Part shown: piece after piece, positions 20,513-31,773 of the stretch
Layout: the number at the start of each line of letters is the position of its first letter
Position numbering within the stretch: position 1 is the first letter of the stretch
Assembly: GCA_963706325.1 (NCBI GenBank)
Contig: CAVPLT010000001.1
Location: 544,001-608,000 of the forward strand
DNA: 64,000 nt
Source of the DNA: an uncultured Nitrospiraceae bacterium
Lineage (GTDB): Bacteria; Nitrospirota; Nitrospiria; Nitrospirales; Nitrospiraceae
Direction of reading: 5' to 3'
Notes under the pieces: generated by a model
Told to the model about the DNA's origin: nothing
The model's input: only the letters and a program-made list of their open reading frames with translations
Database searches by the model: none
Position numbers and translations under genes: made by a program

Positions 20513-20704
20513 AATGATTCCACGTAATAAGTACGTGATAAGTAAAGACATCAGTCATTAATTTGCCGATAACTTCTGTGACTAAATTAGCACAATTGTA
20601 TCTTTTGGTATGACTGGAGAGCGCTGAGAAATTTGTGTTTTCAATGAGTTAGTACGATGTGGCTGGTTGTGCGCACCTATGCAGGCCCCACACCCTCCTT
20701 ACAG

Positions 20705-21376
20705 CTATGGCCTAGGCTCCAATTCGATGAGGCCCTTACGAATAGCAAGGATAGCAGCTTGAGTGCGATCGTAGACTTGAAGCTTGTGGAAAATATTACG
20801 AACATGGTTCTTCACGGTTTTTTCACTCAGATCCAAGTTATTTGCAATCTCTTTATTGGTCTTACCGTCCGCGACTAGTCGCAACACCGTCAGTTCGCGC
20901 TCCGTGAGGTCGTGCTCGACCCACCCTGGCTTCTTCCCTTTTTTTTGCGACATTAGGGAGAATTCGGCGAGGATTTTGCTCGCTACTGATGGATGAATGA
21001 GCGACTCCCCCTTGTAAATTGCACGAATCGCGGCCACGATTTGTGACGACTCCGAATCTTTGAGCAGATACCCCGTGGCGCCTGCGCGAACGAGATCGAA
21101 AATATACTGCTGTTCCTCATACATTGTCAGAGCGACAATCCCCATATGGGGAAATTCTCGCTTGATCTGCCGCGTGGCTTCGACGCCTCCCATGCGGGGC
21201 ATACTGACATCCATCAGAATCACATCCGGCATGAGCGTCTTGGTTTTCTCGACGGCTTCCGCACCGTCCTGTGCTTCACCGACCACATTGATGTCCTCTT
21301 TGGTCTTGAGGATCGCCGCGAGGCCTTCGCGAACCACGCGATGATCATCGGCTATCAGGACCTTAATTTTTTCCAT
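20705..21376 (-). CDS. NarL/LuxR-family response regulator
   Basis: REC domain (ADDH, LMD, YLLK) plus LTERE...TNKEIA...SEKTVKNH HTH. Confidence 0.95.
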   Translation of the reverse strand: MEKIKVLIADDHRVVREGLAAILKTKEDINVVGEAQDGAEAVEKTKTLMPDVILMDVSMPRMGGVEATRQIKREFPHMGIVALTMYEEQQYIFDLVRAGATGYLLKDSESSQIVAAIRAIYKGESLIHPSVASKILAEFSLMSQKKGKKPGWVEHDLTERELTVLRLVADGKTNKEIANNLDLSEKTVKNHVRNIFHKLQVYDRTQAAILAIRKGLIELEPRP

Positions 21377-22406
21377 GACGAATCGTCTCCTTGTCGGCTA
21401 GTGGGATTCGCAACACGATTCGCGTGCCGCGCCCCTTCTTGGAATCGATCGTGGCTTCTCCCCCTACCAATCGTGCCCGTTCCAGAATGGCGCGAATGCC
21501 GAAATGATCCCACTTTTCGGGATCGCGGAGCACCGCATCCATATTAAACCCAATCCCGTTGTCGGAAATGGTCACTTTCAGCAGGTCCGCACGAATGTCG
21601 AGTTGGACCGACACTCGGCTGGCTTTGGCATGCTTCTGAACATTGCTCAACGCCTCTTGCACGATCCGAAAAAGGAAGATTTTGGTGCGAGGAAACAGAA
21701 TCGCCTCGTCACCGATGACCGAAAACGCCGTGTGAATCTGATATTGAGTTTCGTACGATTTGAGATAGTTGGTCAGCGCGGGAATCAATTCCATCTTGTC
21801 ATAGTGGAGTGGGCGCAAGTTGAAAATCACCTGCCTGGCTTCCTGAATTGCCAATTTCAGCTGGGCTTTGGATTCGCGAATCGTGGCTAGGCTGGCCTTG
21901 GGATTCTTGCGGAGCAATTCCTGGGAGAGCTCCAGCTTGAAATTGACGCCGGCGAGACTCTGCACCAGCCCGTCGTGTATTTCGCAGGCAATGCGAGTCC
22001 GTTCTTCCGTGACGGCGGCGCCCGTTTCTTTGACGTACAATCGATAAAGGGATTGATATTTGTTCAAGGCCTTCTCGATGTCGGCCGTCGCGCGGATGCG
22101 GGCCTCGATAAGCTGCCACATAAATTTGGCGCTGGCTCCCCCGATGACCGAGACGCCCATGCGTCGGATGTCTTGCAAGTATTCGCCGACCTCCGGGTTT
22201 CCGGAGACATCGATGACCAGATCGACCGGTCCCATTTTCAGAAGTTGTCGGTAATTGCGCGTCACGCGAATGTGCAACCGGCGAGCGAGCCCGATGCCCG
22301 GTGCCTGGGGACTGGTGTCCGCTACACCGACGATTCGGACCAACGGATCGTTGGCGAAGATCTCCATTAAGGCCGTGCCGCCGCGACCAGCACCGATGAT
22401 GACCAC
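21363..22406 (-). CDS. HisKA_3 sensor kinase with N-terminal Rossmann-like domain
   Basis: VIIGAGRGG; ERTRIACEIHD; QEALSN..KHA; DNGIGF. The true start may be ATG 22485 with a +1 frameshift. Confidence 0.88.
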   Translation of the reverse strand: MVIIGAGRGGTALMEIFANDPLVRIVGVADTSPQAPGIGLARRLHIRVTRNYRQLLKMGPVDLVIDVSGNPEVGEYLQDIRRMGVSVIGGASAKFMWQLIEARIRATADIEKALNKYQSLYRLYVKETGAAVTEERTRIACEIHDGLVQSLAGVNFKLELSQELLRKNPKASLATIRESKAQLKLAIQEARQVIFNLRPLHYDKMELIPALTNYLKSYETQYQIHTAFSVIGDEAILFPRTKIFLFRIVQEALSNVQKHAKASRVSVQLDIRADLLKVTISDNGIGFNMDAVLRDPEKWDHFGIRAILERARLVGGEATIDSKKGRGTRIVLRIPLADKETIRHGKN

Positions 22407-22584
22407 ATGCGTGGCTCCGGGCGAACGCCGCCTATTAGGCCGGAGGGCTTGTCGTCTCTCTCGCGTGAGGTCGAGTAGTTGCCATGTGTCCGCTATGCCG
22501 GTCGGAGTAGAGGCCTTCCCGTGCCGGTGCCCATCCCGCCTAAACCGAACGGACCGGTCCGGAAGGTGAGGAAAAGAGGAAGGC

Positions 22585-23049
22585 TTAACGCTCCCGGCGC
22601 TGCTGTGCCAGGGTCTTGATTTCGTCCATGAACTGGTCGATGTCTTTGAACTCTCGATACACGGATGCGAATCGGACGTAGGCGACTTGATCGAGCTGCG
22701 AGAGCTCCCTCATCACTTCTTCCCCGACAGCGGTGCTCACGATCTCGGTTTCACCCATATCCTGGATGCGCTTTTCGATACGATCGGTGACGGTTTCAAT
22801 AGTTGCAGTGCCAATCGGGCGTTTTTCACAGGCTTTTTTGAGACCGGAGACGATTTTCCCGCGATCGAACGGTTCCCGACGCCCGTCTTTTTTCACGACC
22901 GCAGGCATGGTCTCTTCGACACGTTCGTACGTCGTATAGCGGCGTTTGCAGGAGAGGCATTCGCGCCGTCGCCGGATGACCTCACCCTCCTTGGCCATCC
23001 GCGAATCGACGACCTTGTCCTCGACATCGTCGCAGAAGGGGCACTTCAC
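22585..23049 (-). CDS. nrdR: transcriptional repressor NrdR
   Basis: MKCPFC..VVDSR..IRRRREC..C; ATP cone; AYVRFASVY. Confidence 0.97.
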   Translation of the reverse strand: MKCPFCDDVEDKVVDSRMAKEGEVIRRRRECLSCKRRYTTYERVEETMPAVVKKDGRREPFDRGKIVSGLKKACEKRPIGTATIETVTDRIEKRIQDMGETEIVSTAVGEEVMRELSQLDQVAYVRFASVYREFKDIDQFMDEIKTLAQQRRER

Positions 23050-23064
23050 GGGCGAACGTCCTGC

Positions 23065-24393
23065 CTAAGTGGGTGACGAATCGTAGGCATGAAAGATGGG
23101 GAAACGGTTGCACAATGTTTTTGCCTGCGCGCGTACGTCGGCCTGCACCTGTTGGTCTTGAGGATGTTGCAACACGCGATCAATGAGCGCCACGATCTCA
23201 CGCATGTCCGCCTCGCGCATGCCGCGAGTCGACACGATGGGACTACCGATCCGGATCCCGCTTGCCACGGCCGGTGGTTTCTCATCGTAGGGAACGGCAT
23301 TCTTGTTGACGATAATTCCGGCGGCATCCAAGGCGGCATCGGCTTCTTTGCCTGTGATGCCTTTGTTGGTCAGGTTCACAAGCATCAAGTGAGTATCGGT
23401 GCCTCCCGATACGATTTTGTAACCGCGCTCGACGAGTCCCTGCGCGAGGGTACGCGCGTTGGCAATCACTTGTTGCTGGTACCGTTTGAACGACGGAGAA
23501 AGCGCTTCCTTGAAGGCGACTGCTTTGGCGGCTATGACATGCATGAGGGGACCGCCTTGCAGTCCGGGGAAAATGATTTTGTCGACGGCCTTGGCATGTT
23601 CGGCCGTACACATGGTGACGCCACCGCGAGGACCTCGAAGGGTCTTATGGGTTGTGGTGGTCACAAAGTCCGCATAGGGGACAGGATTCGGGTGTAGGCC
23701 TGCCGCAATGAGTCCGGCAATATGCGCGATGTCGACTAACAGATAGGCTCCGACCGCCTTGGCAATCTCTTGGAATTGAGGGAAGTCGAGGGTGCGGGCA
23801 TAGGCGCTGGCTCCGACCACCAACATGCGTGGACGGCATTCTTCGGCAATCTTCCGGACCGCGGCATAGTCGATGGTTTCAGTCTGACGATCGACGCCAT
23901 ACGAAAAAGCACGAAAGATCATGCCGGAGAAGTTCACCTTGCTACCGTGCGTCAGGTGTCCACCTTGGGCCAGGTCCAACCCGAGAATCGTGTCGCCAGG
24001 TTTGAGCACTGCCAGATACGCGGCCATGTTGGCTTGGGAACCCGAATGCGGTTGCACGTTGACGTGCTCCGCCCCGAAGATCTGCTTGGCACGTTCGATG
24101 GCGAGGGTTTCGACCGTGTCGACATGCTGGCAGCCGCCATAGTAACGCTTGCCGGGATATCCCTCCGCGTACTTGTTGGTCATGACGCTGCCTTGAGCAG
24201 CCAAGACCGCTGGACTGGCGAAGTTTTCTGAGGCGATCAACAACAGCTTGTCCCGCTGCCGCTGGCCCTCGGCTTGAATGGCCTCGTAGGTCTCGGGGTC
24301 GGTTGATTGCAGCGCATCCAACGAACCGATCACATCCTGCATGCTTCCTCCGAGCGCGGCCTTTAGCGTGGCTGGCCGCGCATGATTACTCAA
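23065..24393 (-). CDS. glyA: serine hydroxymethyltransferase
   Basis: [28 protein letters not shown] and [14 protein letters not shown] motifs; the start may be slightly downstream. Confidence 0.97.
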   Translation of the reverse strand: MSNHARPATLKAALGGSMQDVIGSLDALQSTDPETYEAIQAEGQRQRDKLLLIASENFASPAVLAAQGSVMTNKYAEGYPGKRYYGGCQHVDTVETLAIERAKQIFGAEHVNVQPHSGSQANMAAYLAVLKPGDTILGLDLAQGGHLTHGSKVNFSGMIFRAFSYGVDRQTETIDYAAVRKIAEECRPRMLVVGASAYARTLDFPQFQEIAKAVGAYLLVDIAHIAGLIAAGLHPNPVPYADFVTTTTHKTLRGPRGGVTMCTAEHAKAVDKIIFPGLQGGPLMHVIAAKAVAFKEALSPSFKRYQQQVIANARTLAQGLVERGYKIVSGGTDTHLMLVNLTNKGITGKEADAALDAAGIIVNKNAVPYDEKPPAVASGIRIGSPIVSTRGMREADMREIVALIDRVLQHPQDQQVQADVRAQAKTLCNRFPIFHAYDSSPT

Positions 24394-24397
24394 CGGG

Positions 24398-24871
24398 CTA
24401 AGCCGTAGCGACGGCTTCCGGCTCTTCTTGTTTTTTCACCACATGGACGGCAATGGTAGCCGTGACTTCGCGCGGCAGTTTGATGGCGATGGCAAACGTC
24501 CCGAGCTCCTTGATGGGCTGAGCCAGCTGAATTTTGCGCCGATCCACGGTGAAGCCTTGCTCGCCCAGTCCTTCCGCGATGTCCTTCGCTGTCACGGATC
24601 CGAACATCTTGTCGTCTTTTCCGACTTGGGCGGAGATGGTGAGTGAAACCGCTGAGATCTTTTTGCCGTGCTCCTCGATGTCCTGCTTTTCTTTTTTGGC
24701 CTTCTCAGCTGCGGCCCGTTTGGCATGTTCGAATTCTTTGATATTCCGGCCGTTGGCTTCGACGGCCTTCTTGCGAGGCAAGAGATAGTTCCTGGCAAAC
24801 CCATTGGAGACGTCCAAAAGGTCGCCGAGGTCGCCCACGCCTTCGAGTGTTTCTTGGAGAATCACCTTCAT
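24398..24871 (-). CDS. rplI: 50S ribosomal protein L9
   Basis: [19 protein letters not shown] and PIKELG motifs; SD AGGAG before ATG 24871. Confidence 0.96.
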   Translation of the reverse strand: MKVILQETLEGVGDLGDLLDVSNGFARNYLLPRKKAVEANGRNIKEFEHAKRAAAEKAKKEKQDIEEHGKKISAVSLTISAQVGKDDKMFGSVTAKDIAEGLGEQGFTVDRRKIQLAQPIKELGTFAIAIKLPREVTATIAVHVVKKQEEPEAVATA

Positions 24872-25162
24872 ACTGCAACTCCTTCTGTTGGAAAGGGAAA
24901 AAGCATACTGGCGGCCTGTGCAAAAGTCAATTGATCCGGAGCGACCAAAAGGGTTTTCTTCCTCCGCCCTCGACGCGGGGAATGTGGTCTCGGAAATCCT
25001 GTTGCTCCGAAATCGTCGTGAGGCGGCTGATGCTGGACAGGTTCTTTCTTGAATCATTAAGATGTGTTTCTTAGCGGGATCGTGGGCCTTAGCTTCAAAG
25101 GCGCGTCGCGCAGGACTACGACGGCACGTGGCACTAGAACTGACTGCAGGAGAACCATCTGT

Positions 25163-26632
25163 ATGACCGCAATGCCCGGCACCTTGCAGGATCTTCTGGA
25201 TCAGTTAGCCGCAAAATTGGAGCGCGATGCCGCGCGCAGCGCGGAGCAACGGCTCGATCAGCCTGTTTCACTTACGCGCGGTCGGCTGCTTCAGACTGTG
25301 GGCAATTTGCATCTGTATGAATTTTTTCTGTCTTCTGACGCGATCCTTGGCGCCGACCTCTCAGTGACAGTACTTCTGAGTGAGGAGGCCGAGCCGACCG
25401 AAGGCATCGTGCTGTGTCAGGACGGGGTGCGCCTTATCCTCCAGACCTTCGATGCCATTGGTGATGTCGTACCTAGCGCGACGCTGGTGCCGGACGTCAG
25501 CGGACTAGCTTTGACGATCAGTCGTCGTTTAATGGAGATGAGCAAGACCGGGGGATCCTACACGCTGGGCCCGGCAGAACGCCTCTTGCCCGTGCTCGAA
25601 GCGGGACAGTCAGGATACCGCGCGGTATTGGAGTCCCTGACGCCGACTTCTGTGCTGGTTCCCTTGTGGCATGAGGATCTGACGGTTGGTCGACAGAAAA
25701 TAGCCACGCTCGTCATTGAGTTACTTCGAGGCAACAAACGTATTCTCCTGGTCACCCCGGATCACCAGAGCGCTGACGCACTCACCCTTCTGATTGCACG
25801 TGCCATGAAAGCGGCTGGACTGACCTATAAGAGCTGGCTAAGCCGTTACGAACTCGCTATCGAAAAGGGAGGGGGCGGCATTCCGCTGTCCGAGCTAGGG
25901 TTCGAAGCGCAAATGCATCAGTTTTACGCCAAGTCCCGGTCCGACAAGGCAGTGCTCCGCAAGAAGTATGAACGGTTCCGTGAACTCACTCCGTTGCTCG
26001 CGTATAAAGCCCAGAAGCAGAAAGATCTAGACGAAGTGCGGTTACTAGAATGGCGCCTGCTGACTCAGCTGAGCGAATTCCAAGCCAAGATCAAGGAAAT
26101 TGAGACGACCCTGATTGAGTATGAGCAGCTTCCCATTTGGAAGCGTCTCTCCATGCAGGCGATGGGAAAGAATGTCGAGTCTTTGCGGGAATATCTGGTC
26201 ATCTATGAGCGGCACAGTACCGGGCTCCGCAAAGAGATCGATATCGCCAAGGACCGGATCAACGCACTCATTCCTGAAGCCACGGTGCCGAAAGATATCA
26301 AGCCTGAATTTGCCGAACTGAAAGAGGATGTCATTAGGTTGGGGGGGACGAAAAAAATACGAGAACTCCTGGCCGCCCAGGAAGATACCAATCGACAGGC
26401 CTTCGTGCAAAACCGGCGAGTGATCGTCACTACTGCTGCTCGAGTAGCGGCGGATCCCTTGTTTCGCCGAGTGCGGTTCGACGTGCTGATCGCCGACGAG
26501 GCCCCGCATATCCGGACTCCATTTTTGTTGGCAGCCGCGGGATTGGTCCGCGAGCGCATCGTGCTGAGCGGCGACCTGCGCGAGGTCACGTCGGACGGTC
26601 CTTGGAACCTTGCTGGCGGAATCTGCTCATAA
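25163..26632 (+). CDS. degenerate UPF1/DNA2-like helicase N-terminal half with coiled coil
   Basis: KRILLVTP..SAD, VIVTT, FDVLIADEA and VLSGD motifs; no Walker A and no second RecA domain. Confidence 0.65.
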   Translation: MTAMPGTLQDLLDQLAAKLERDAARSAEQRLDQPVSLTRGRLLQTVGNLHLYEFFLSSDAILGADLSVTVLLSEEAEPTEGIVLCQDGVRLILQTFDAIGDVVPSATLVPDVSGLALTISRRLMEMSKTGGSYTLGPAERLLPVLEAGQSGYRAVLESLTPTSVLVPLWHEDLTVGRQKIATLVIELLRGNKRILLVTPDHQSADALTLLIARAMKAAGLTYKSWLSRYELAIEKGGGGIPLSELGFEAQMHQFYAKSRSDKAVLRKKYERFRELTPLLAYKAQKQKDLDEVRLLEWRLLTQLSEFQAKIKEIETTLIEYEQLPIWKRLSMQAMGKNVESLREYLVIYERHSTGLRKEIDIAKDRINALIPEATVPKDIKPEFAELKEDVIRLGGTKKIRELLAAQEDTNRQAFVQNRRVIVTTAARVAADPLFRRVRFDVLIADEAPHIRTPFLLAAAGLVRERIVLSGDLREVTSDGPWNLAGGICS

Positions 26633-26675
26633 CTGAGCGTTAGGCGTGCTCCATGCAGTTTTCCATCAGCTCATC

Positions 26676-26704
26676 TTGACGGGTATAGGCTGATCAGCGA
26701 TAAT
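26676..26704 (+). promoter_or_regulatory. sigma70 promoter of tRNA-Leu
   Basis: TTGACG-N17-GATAAT. Confidence 0.65.
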
Positions 26705-26721
26705 CCCACTCCATTCCTCAG

Positions 26722-26808
26722 GCCGAAGTGGCGGAACTGGCAGACGCACTGGTTTCAGGTACCAGCGCCCGTAAGGGTATCCGGGTTCAACTCCCGGCTT
26801 CGGCACCA
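26722..26808 (+). tRNA. tRNA-Leu(CAG)
   Basis: Acceptor GCCGAAG/CTTCGGC-ACCA; anticodon arm CTGGT-TTCAGGT-ACCAG; long variable arm; GGTTCAA T-loop. Confidence 0.97.
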
Positions 26809-26905
26809 CCATCCGCTGACACCATAATCAAACGCGCTTCCGGCGATGGCATACCTCTCCTTCCCAAGCTGGTCGAAGTGGTAGTCATACCGGAGATGGT
26901 TTCGC

Positions 26906-27127
26906 TTATATCATTCTCATCTGCTTGATCTCTTCCCTTCGGCTATCCATCCACCTATCGAACTCAATTGAGAGGAATGGGTAGTCCGTCAAGAGTCCGC
27001 GCAGTCGGTCGGCTTGCCGGTCAGCGCCGGCCTGTTCCTTAGGTATCGCCTTGAGCTTCGCCTTGATGACGGAGAGTTTAGCTTTGGCCCGGTTTCGATG
27101 GGCTTGCTGTTTCTGTGGGCTAGTCAT
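26906..27127 (-). CDS. hypothetical protein or fragment
   Basis: 73-aa basic helical ORF. Confidence 0.4.
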   Translation of the reverse strand: MTSPQKQQAHRNRAKAKLSVIKAKLKAIPKEQAGADRQADRLRGLLTDYPFLSIEFDRWMDSRREEIKQMRMI

Positions 27128-27236
27128 ACCCTATACTTGCAGAGTCGAACGGCTTGGAACACTGGGTATATCCCCACCCCCTAGACAGGTGACGAACGAC
27201 TGAGTAAGCTGAAGATACACCGATTATGAGGTACTT

Positions 27237-27557
27237 ATGCAGCTCAGGTTGGTCACACAGTCTCTTGTGTTTTCTTCCGTCCTGTTAGGCACATCATCCC
27301 TGCCGCCCTTCTCAATTCATGCAGAAGATCAGCAGCCGAAAGGGGCCACGGAGGAACAACAGCCGAAAGGGAATCTGGTTTTCCCTCCAAGGGATAAATT
27401 CGGTGACGTTTCGCCAGGTGCGGCCGAGGACACACTGAAGGCTTGTCTCGCGAGGATTCCCGAACAGGCTACGGTAGGGCAGCGTATGATGGCCGAACGT
27501 ACCTGCGAACGAGAAGAAGCGGGCAGAAATTTGTATCAAGGCACGCGATGGTTCTAA
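27237..27557 (+). CDS. hypothetical secreted protein
   Basis: GAGG SD, signal peptide ending IHA-E, two Cys. Confidence 0.7.
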   Translation: MQLRLVTQSLVFSSVLLGTSSLPPFSIHAEDQQPKGATEEQQPKGNLVFPPRDKFGDVSPGAAEDTLKACLARIPEQATVGQRMMAERTCEREEAGRNLYQGTRWF

Positions 27558-28000
27558 TTCAGGCGCCTCGGATAACCTAAGGCACACATAAGGAGTCGCT
27601 CAGGAACGGGTCTAAGATCTCCACCCACCGGAGCCAACTTAACCACCATCCCCCAGCGATATCTTTCTTAAGGGACCTGGTGGCTAACTTCAAAAAGATG
27701 CATCATCCGCCACATATTCTTCTTCCTATGAGCATGCTGCAACTTTAGGCGGCCTCCGTTAAACAGTGCCTTTTTTGCGGTGTTACGCGCAGGACTCCTA
27801 CCTTTCATGATCCAGTAGAGGGGGTCGTTCTCATAAACAGGGTTGCGGGCGAATGCGGCGCGCTACGAGCTAATGCATCCCGATGGTTGTCGTGATGATC
27901 GGTTCGTGCGCATCAATGAGCCCTAGGTCCTCTCCGAGTAGGCACCCGAGGCCGATCGCGCTATGCTCCCCATAGGGAACCTTAATCTGTGGAGGCGCCC

Positions 28001-28468
28001 ATGGCGAGCAAGGTGGTGGTGATCGATAATGACCGTCAGGTCAGAGATGTGGTGTGCGCCGCGCTGGAGGATGATGGATTGGTGGCAGTGGGGGTGGGAA
28101 GCTATCCAGAAGCCATTCAGCAGCTCTGCTGGTCGCCGGCCGATCTGGCGATCAGTGATGGGTTCACGTCGGATGGGGTGACGGGGGTCTCTCTCCTGCA
28201 CCGGATGTTCCCCAGGCTGCGCCTCGTCGTATTGTCGGGCGGGGTGGCGCGCGCGATGAGGATTCCCTTTGCCACCCACGGCCTCTCGATTCTTCCGAAG
28301 CCCTGTAGTTTACACACGCTCCGGCAAACCGTTCGGGAGACCCTCATGGGCGACGCAGACGCCTGCTTACAAGAAATCGCCGACCGGGGCCGCCTCGGAT
28401 TTCTCATGGCGGTCCTTCGTTCGTCACCCATTGGGCCAGGCTCCTCGTGGGCCAGACTCCTCGCCTGA
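28001..28468 (+). CDS. receiver-domain protein
   Basis: VVVIDND, AISD, LSG and LPKP motifs; SD GGAGG. Confidence 0.8.
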   Translation: MASKVVVIDNDRQVRDVVCAALEDDGLVAVGVGSYPEAIQQLCWSPADLAISDGFTSDGVTGVSLLHRMFPRLRLVVLSGGVARAMRIPFATHGLSILPKPCSLHTLRQTVRETLMGDADACLQEIADRGRLGFLMAVLRSSPIGPGSSWARLLA

Positions 28469-28539
28469 TTCCCCTGCACGGTTCCTGTAACCTCCAAGGG
28501 ATCCGTCCATCGGCCCTCCCACTCGCCGCGAGCTCCTCT

Positions 28540-31062
28540 TCACGCTACAGACCTGGGTTTGATGTTGGCATCTGTTTTCTTGGCCCATCTGCGCAGCACG
28601 CGAGCGAATTGTTCGACGCTAACCGGCTTCGTCACATAGTCATCCATGCCGGCCCGGGCGCACCGCTCTCGATCCTCCTGCATCGCATTCGCCGTCAGCC
28701 CAATAATCGGGATATGCGTTTGTAATTCTCCCGTTTTCTCGAGCTCGCGAATGCGCAAGGTCGCTTGAAAGCCATCCAGCTCCGGCATTTGACAATCCAT
28801 CAGCACCACGTCGTAAGGCAGGCTGAGGAGCGCCTGGATCGCCTCCACCCCATTGGCAGCCACATCGCACTTGTACCCCAGATTTTGTAATAGCCGGACG
28901 GCGACGATTTGGTTGACAGTGTTGTCTTCCACCACCAGTACCCGGCCGCCGCGATTCCGAGCCTCCGCCTCTGCCACCTGGTGTCTGGTCACGAGGCGCG
29001 CTGGCGAGACGCCTGGACTCGCGTCACGTGCATGGCCCATGACCAGCTTCAGGCACGCATACAACTGAGCATGGCGGACAGGCTTCACGAGATACCCGGA
29101 GAATCCCAGGTCCTGCGCGATCTTCGCATCCCCGCGCTTCGCTAGCGACGTAAACATGATCACCTTCACAGAGGCGATATGGGGATCGCTCTTGATAACC
29201 TTGGCCAAGGCCAGACCGTCCATGCCCGGCACCTGACTGTCCAAAATGATTACATCGAACGGCTGTGCGAGTTGCGCCGCTTCACGCAGGAGAGTGAGCG
29301 CCTGTGAGGGTGTGTCTGCCTCCGTGCAGATCATGCCCCAGGCGTGGGCATAGTGACGAAGCAGCGTGCGGTTGCCCTGATGATGATCGAGGACACAGAG
29401 TCGTACATTCCGGAGATCAGCCATGTCCATCAACGTGGGCGTATGATGAGCTTGTTGTCCTAAACGGGCGGTAAACCAGAAGCGGCTTCCCTGGCCCACG
29501 TTAGTTTCCACGCCTATTTCTCCACCCATCAGCGCCGTTAATCGTTTGCTGATCGCCAACCCCAATCCCGTTCCTCCGTATTTTCTCGTGGTAGATCCAT
29601 CGGCTTGGCTGAACGAGTGAAACAGTTTATCAAGGTGCTCGGGACTAATCCCAATTCCGGTATCCACCACGTCGAAACGGAGCACAACGTCAGCCTTCAC
29701 AGCTTCCAGGAGGCTCACCTGCACACTCACTTCCCCACGTTCGGTGAACTTAATGGCGTTACTGAGGAGGTTGCTGAGAACCTGCCGGAGCCGGCCTGGA
29801 TCACCATGGACCCCGGACGGAATGGCTGCTCCCATGAGCCCCACGAGATCAAGGCCCTTCGCCTGAGCGGACTCCGCCATGAGTTCTATCGTTTCTTCCA
29901 GCATGGTACGTAAATCGAAATCAATGCGCTCGAGCGAGACTTTCCCGGCCTCAATCTTAGAAAAATCGAGGATGTCATTAACAATGGTCAGCAGCGCTTC
30001 ACCGGAGCCTCGTATCGTCTCTGCGATTTCCCTTTGATCCGAGGTTAATTCGGTTTCGAGTAATAGCCCCGTCATGCCGATCACGCCATTCATGGGGGTA
30101 CGAATTTCGTGACTCATAGTGGCAAGAAAATCCGTTTTAGCCTGGGCGCTTCGCTCAGCCGCCTTTTGAGCCAGAACAGCTTTCCGTTCGGCAGCTAGTC
30201 GCTCTACCAATTGGCCAATCTGAAGGCCAATCAAGTGCAGCGTTACGAGCAGCGCCTCATCACGTTCTTTCACACTGGACCATAGGAACTCCATGATTCC
30301 GAGGGTGGTCACAGCGGCTTGGACGGGAAACGCGACCGCCGACTGTAGGCCACAGCATGCGGCAGCCTCCTTGCGGGGCACGTCTGCATCAACAGCGATT
30401 TTCTCGATCCACGCGGGGTTGTGCGTCGAGAAGACACCGCCCGGGATACCTTCTCCCGGTTGGAAGGAGATCGATCGGGATCGCGCTTCAAACGGACCAA
30501 ATGTTGTTGGTGAGGGACTCCAAAAAGATCGACACTGAAGCAGTCCCGTATCCGCGTTTGGAATCCATAGTCCGGCGGCATCCGCCGAGAGGGCGGCTCC
30601 CATTTGTTCCAAAATGAAAGCCAGACCAGCCTCTTGTTCCCTCGCCTCGCCCATCGCACGCCCGGCCGCATACTGGACGGCCATCCGCTGTTCCATACGT
30701 TTCCGATCAGTAATGTCCTGTACGGTGCCGACATGACCTCGCACTGTGCCGTTAGGATGGTATAGGGGGCAGGAGCGGCTATGGACCCAGCGCACACGCC
30801 CGTTCGGTTGTTGGAGACGGAACTCTGCTTCATACTCTCTGGCGTCCAGGGCGCCTCGACTCCATCCAGCCGCGCGGACGGCACGATCCTCGGGATGCAC
30901 TAGGAGACTCCAATCAGTCTGTAAACTAGCCTCCAACGAAAGTCCTACCATCTCCTGCCAGCGTCGATTCGTATATACACCGACGCCCTGAGCATCGGTC
31001 ACAAATATCCCATCAGGAGACATTTCACACGCAGATTGGAAATGTGCTTCGCTTCCCAACAA
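28540..31062 (-). CDS. hybrid histidine kinase PAS-GAF-HisKA-HATPase-REC-REC
   Basis: VHPED and DITDRK PAS; FLATMSHEIRTPM; NAIKFT; GGTGLGL; two REC domains. Start codon uncertain. Confidence 0.93.
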   Translation of the reverse strand: MLGSEAHFQSACEMSPDGIFVTDAQGVGVYTNRRWQEMVGLSLEASLQTDWSLLVHPEDRAVRAAGWSRGALDAREYEAEFRLQQPNGRVRWVHSRSCPLYHPNGTVRGHVGTVQDITDRKRMEQRMAVQYAAGRAMGEAREQEAGLAFILEQMGAALSADAAGLWIPNADTGLLQCRSFWSPSPTTFGPFEARSRSISFQPGEGIPGGVFSTHNPAWIEKIAVDADVPRKEAAACCGLQSAVAFPVQAAVTTLGIMEFLWSSVKERDEALLVTLHLIGLQIGQLVERLAAERKAVLAQKAAERSAQAKTDFLATMSHEIRTPMNGVIGMTGLLLETELTSDQREIAETIRGSGEALLTIVNDILDFSKIEAGKVSLERIDFDLRTMLEETIELMAESAQAKGLDLVGLMGAAIPSGVHGDPGRLRQVLSNLLSNAIKFTERGEVSVQVSLLEAVKADVVLRFDVVDTGIGISPEHLDKLFHSFSQADGSTTRKYGGTGLGLAISKRLTALMGGEIGVETNVGQGSRFWFTARLGQQAHHTPTLMDMADLRNVRLCVLDHHQGNRTLLRHYAHAWGMICTEADTPSQALTLLREAAQLAQPFDVIILDSQVPGMDGLALAKVIKSDPHIASVKVIMFTSLAKRGDAKIAQDLGFSGYLVKPVRHAQLYACLKLVMGHARDASPGVSPARLVTRHQVAEAEARNRGGRVLVVEDNTVNQIVAVRLLQNLGYKCDVAANGVEAIQALLSLPYDVVLMDCQMPELDGFQATLRIRELEKTGELQTHIPIIGLTANAMQEDRERCARAGMDDYVTKPVSVEQFARVLRRWAKKTDANIKPRSVA

Positions 31063-31773
31063 TTTGCAGATTCCCTTTATTCAGCCGCTAATCCCCGGCC
31101 ACTGCGCGAGCTCACATGCCCCATATGAAACTTGTGGACTGCTGGTCACCATGGCTTTTTTCCGACCACTGGACGCGCCGGATGACGGCCCGCACGGCAA
31201 AGTCCGCGCGTTATCTCTGCACCACCTGCCATTCACAGGAAACATAAGGGCCTTACAGTGATAAGGGAGGAGGACACAGATCAAACGATTTATAGTGTGA
31301 ACCTCAGCGAATGCACGATGAGACCGCGGTTCTCCCAAGATCCGCGATTAGCTCTGTACCAAGTCATCTTGCATTTTAGCGAAAGGGCATAGTTGCGGAA
31401 GCGTTTTTTGATTTCGCGCCAGTGTCATTGGGGAGTCGGCTGCTCAGCCGTAACGGTTCTGAGTAATGAAGGCTCACTTACGATAGAACCCGGTCCTCTC
31501 CTAGGCCTTTCACCTGCATGCCCTGATACCTGTCAGTCGCCGGTGGGATCTCAAGAGTGCTCCCGAACAATGGGTATGGATGATGGGTTAAATCATCGTA
31601 CATCGCCGGCTTTTCGTGTCTGTCCAGCCCAGGCGTGAAGGATTAATGGACTATCTACTCGGCAGGCGTTTCTCAAATTCGGTTGGTCAAATCTCATAGT
31701 GGCTTTATAGTGAACACGATCAACCATCTCGTTTCCTTCACCCACATGTCGGTGATGGGAGTCATTCTTCTCC

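Noticed and set aside
24872..25162. N-terminal extensions of rplI and the helicase-like ORF in the ORF track
   Set aside because: Better SD-supported starts lie at 24871 and 25163; the extensions run through a divergent promoter region.
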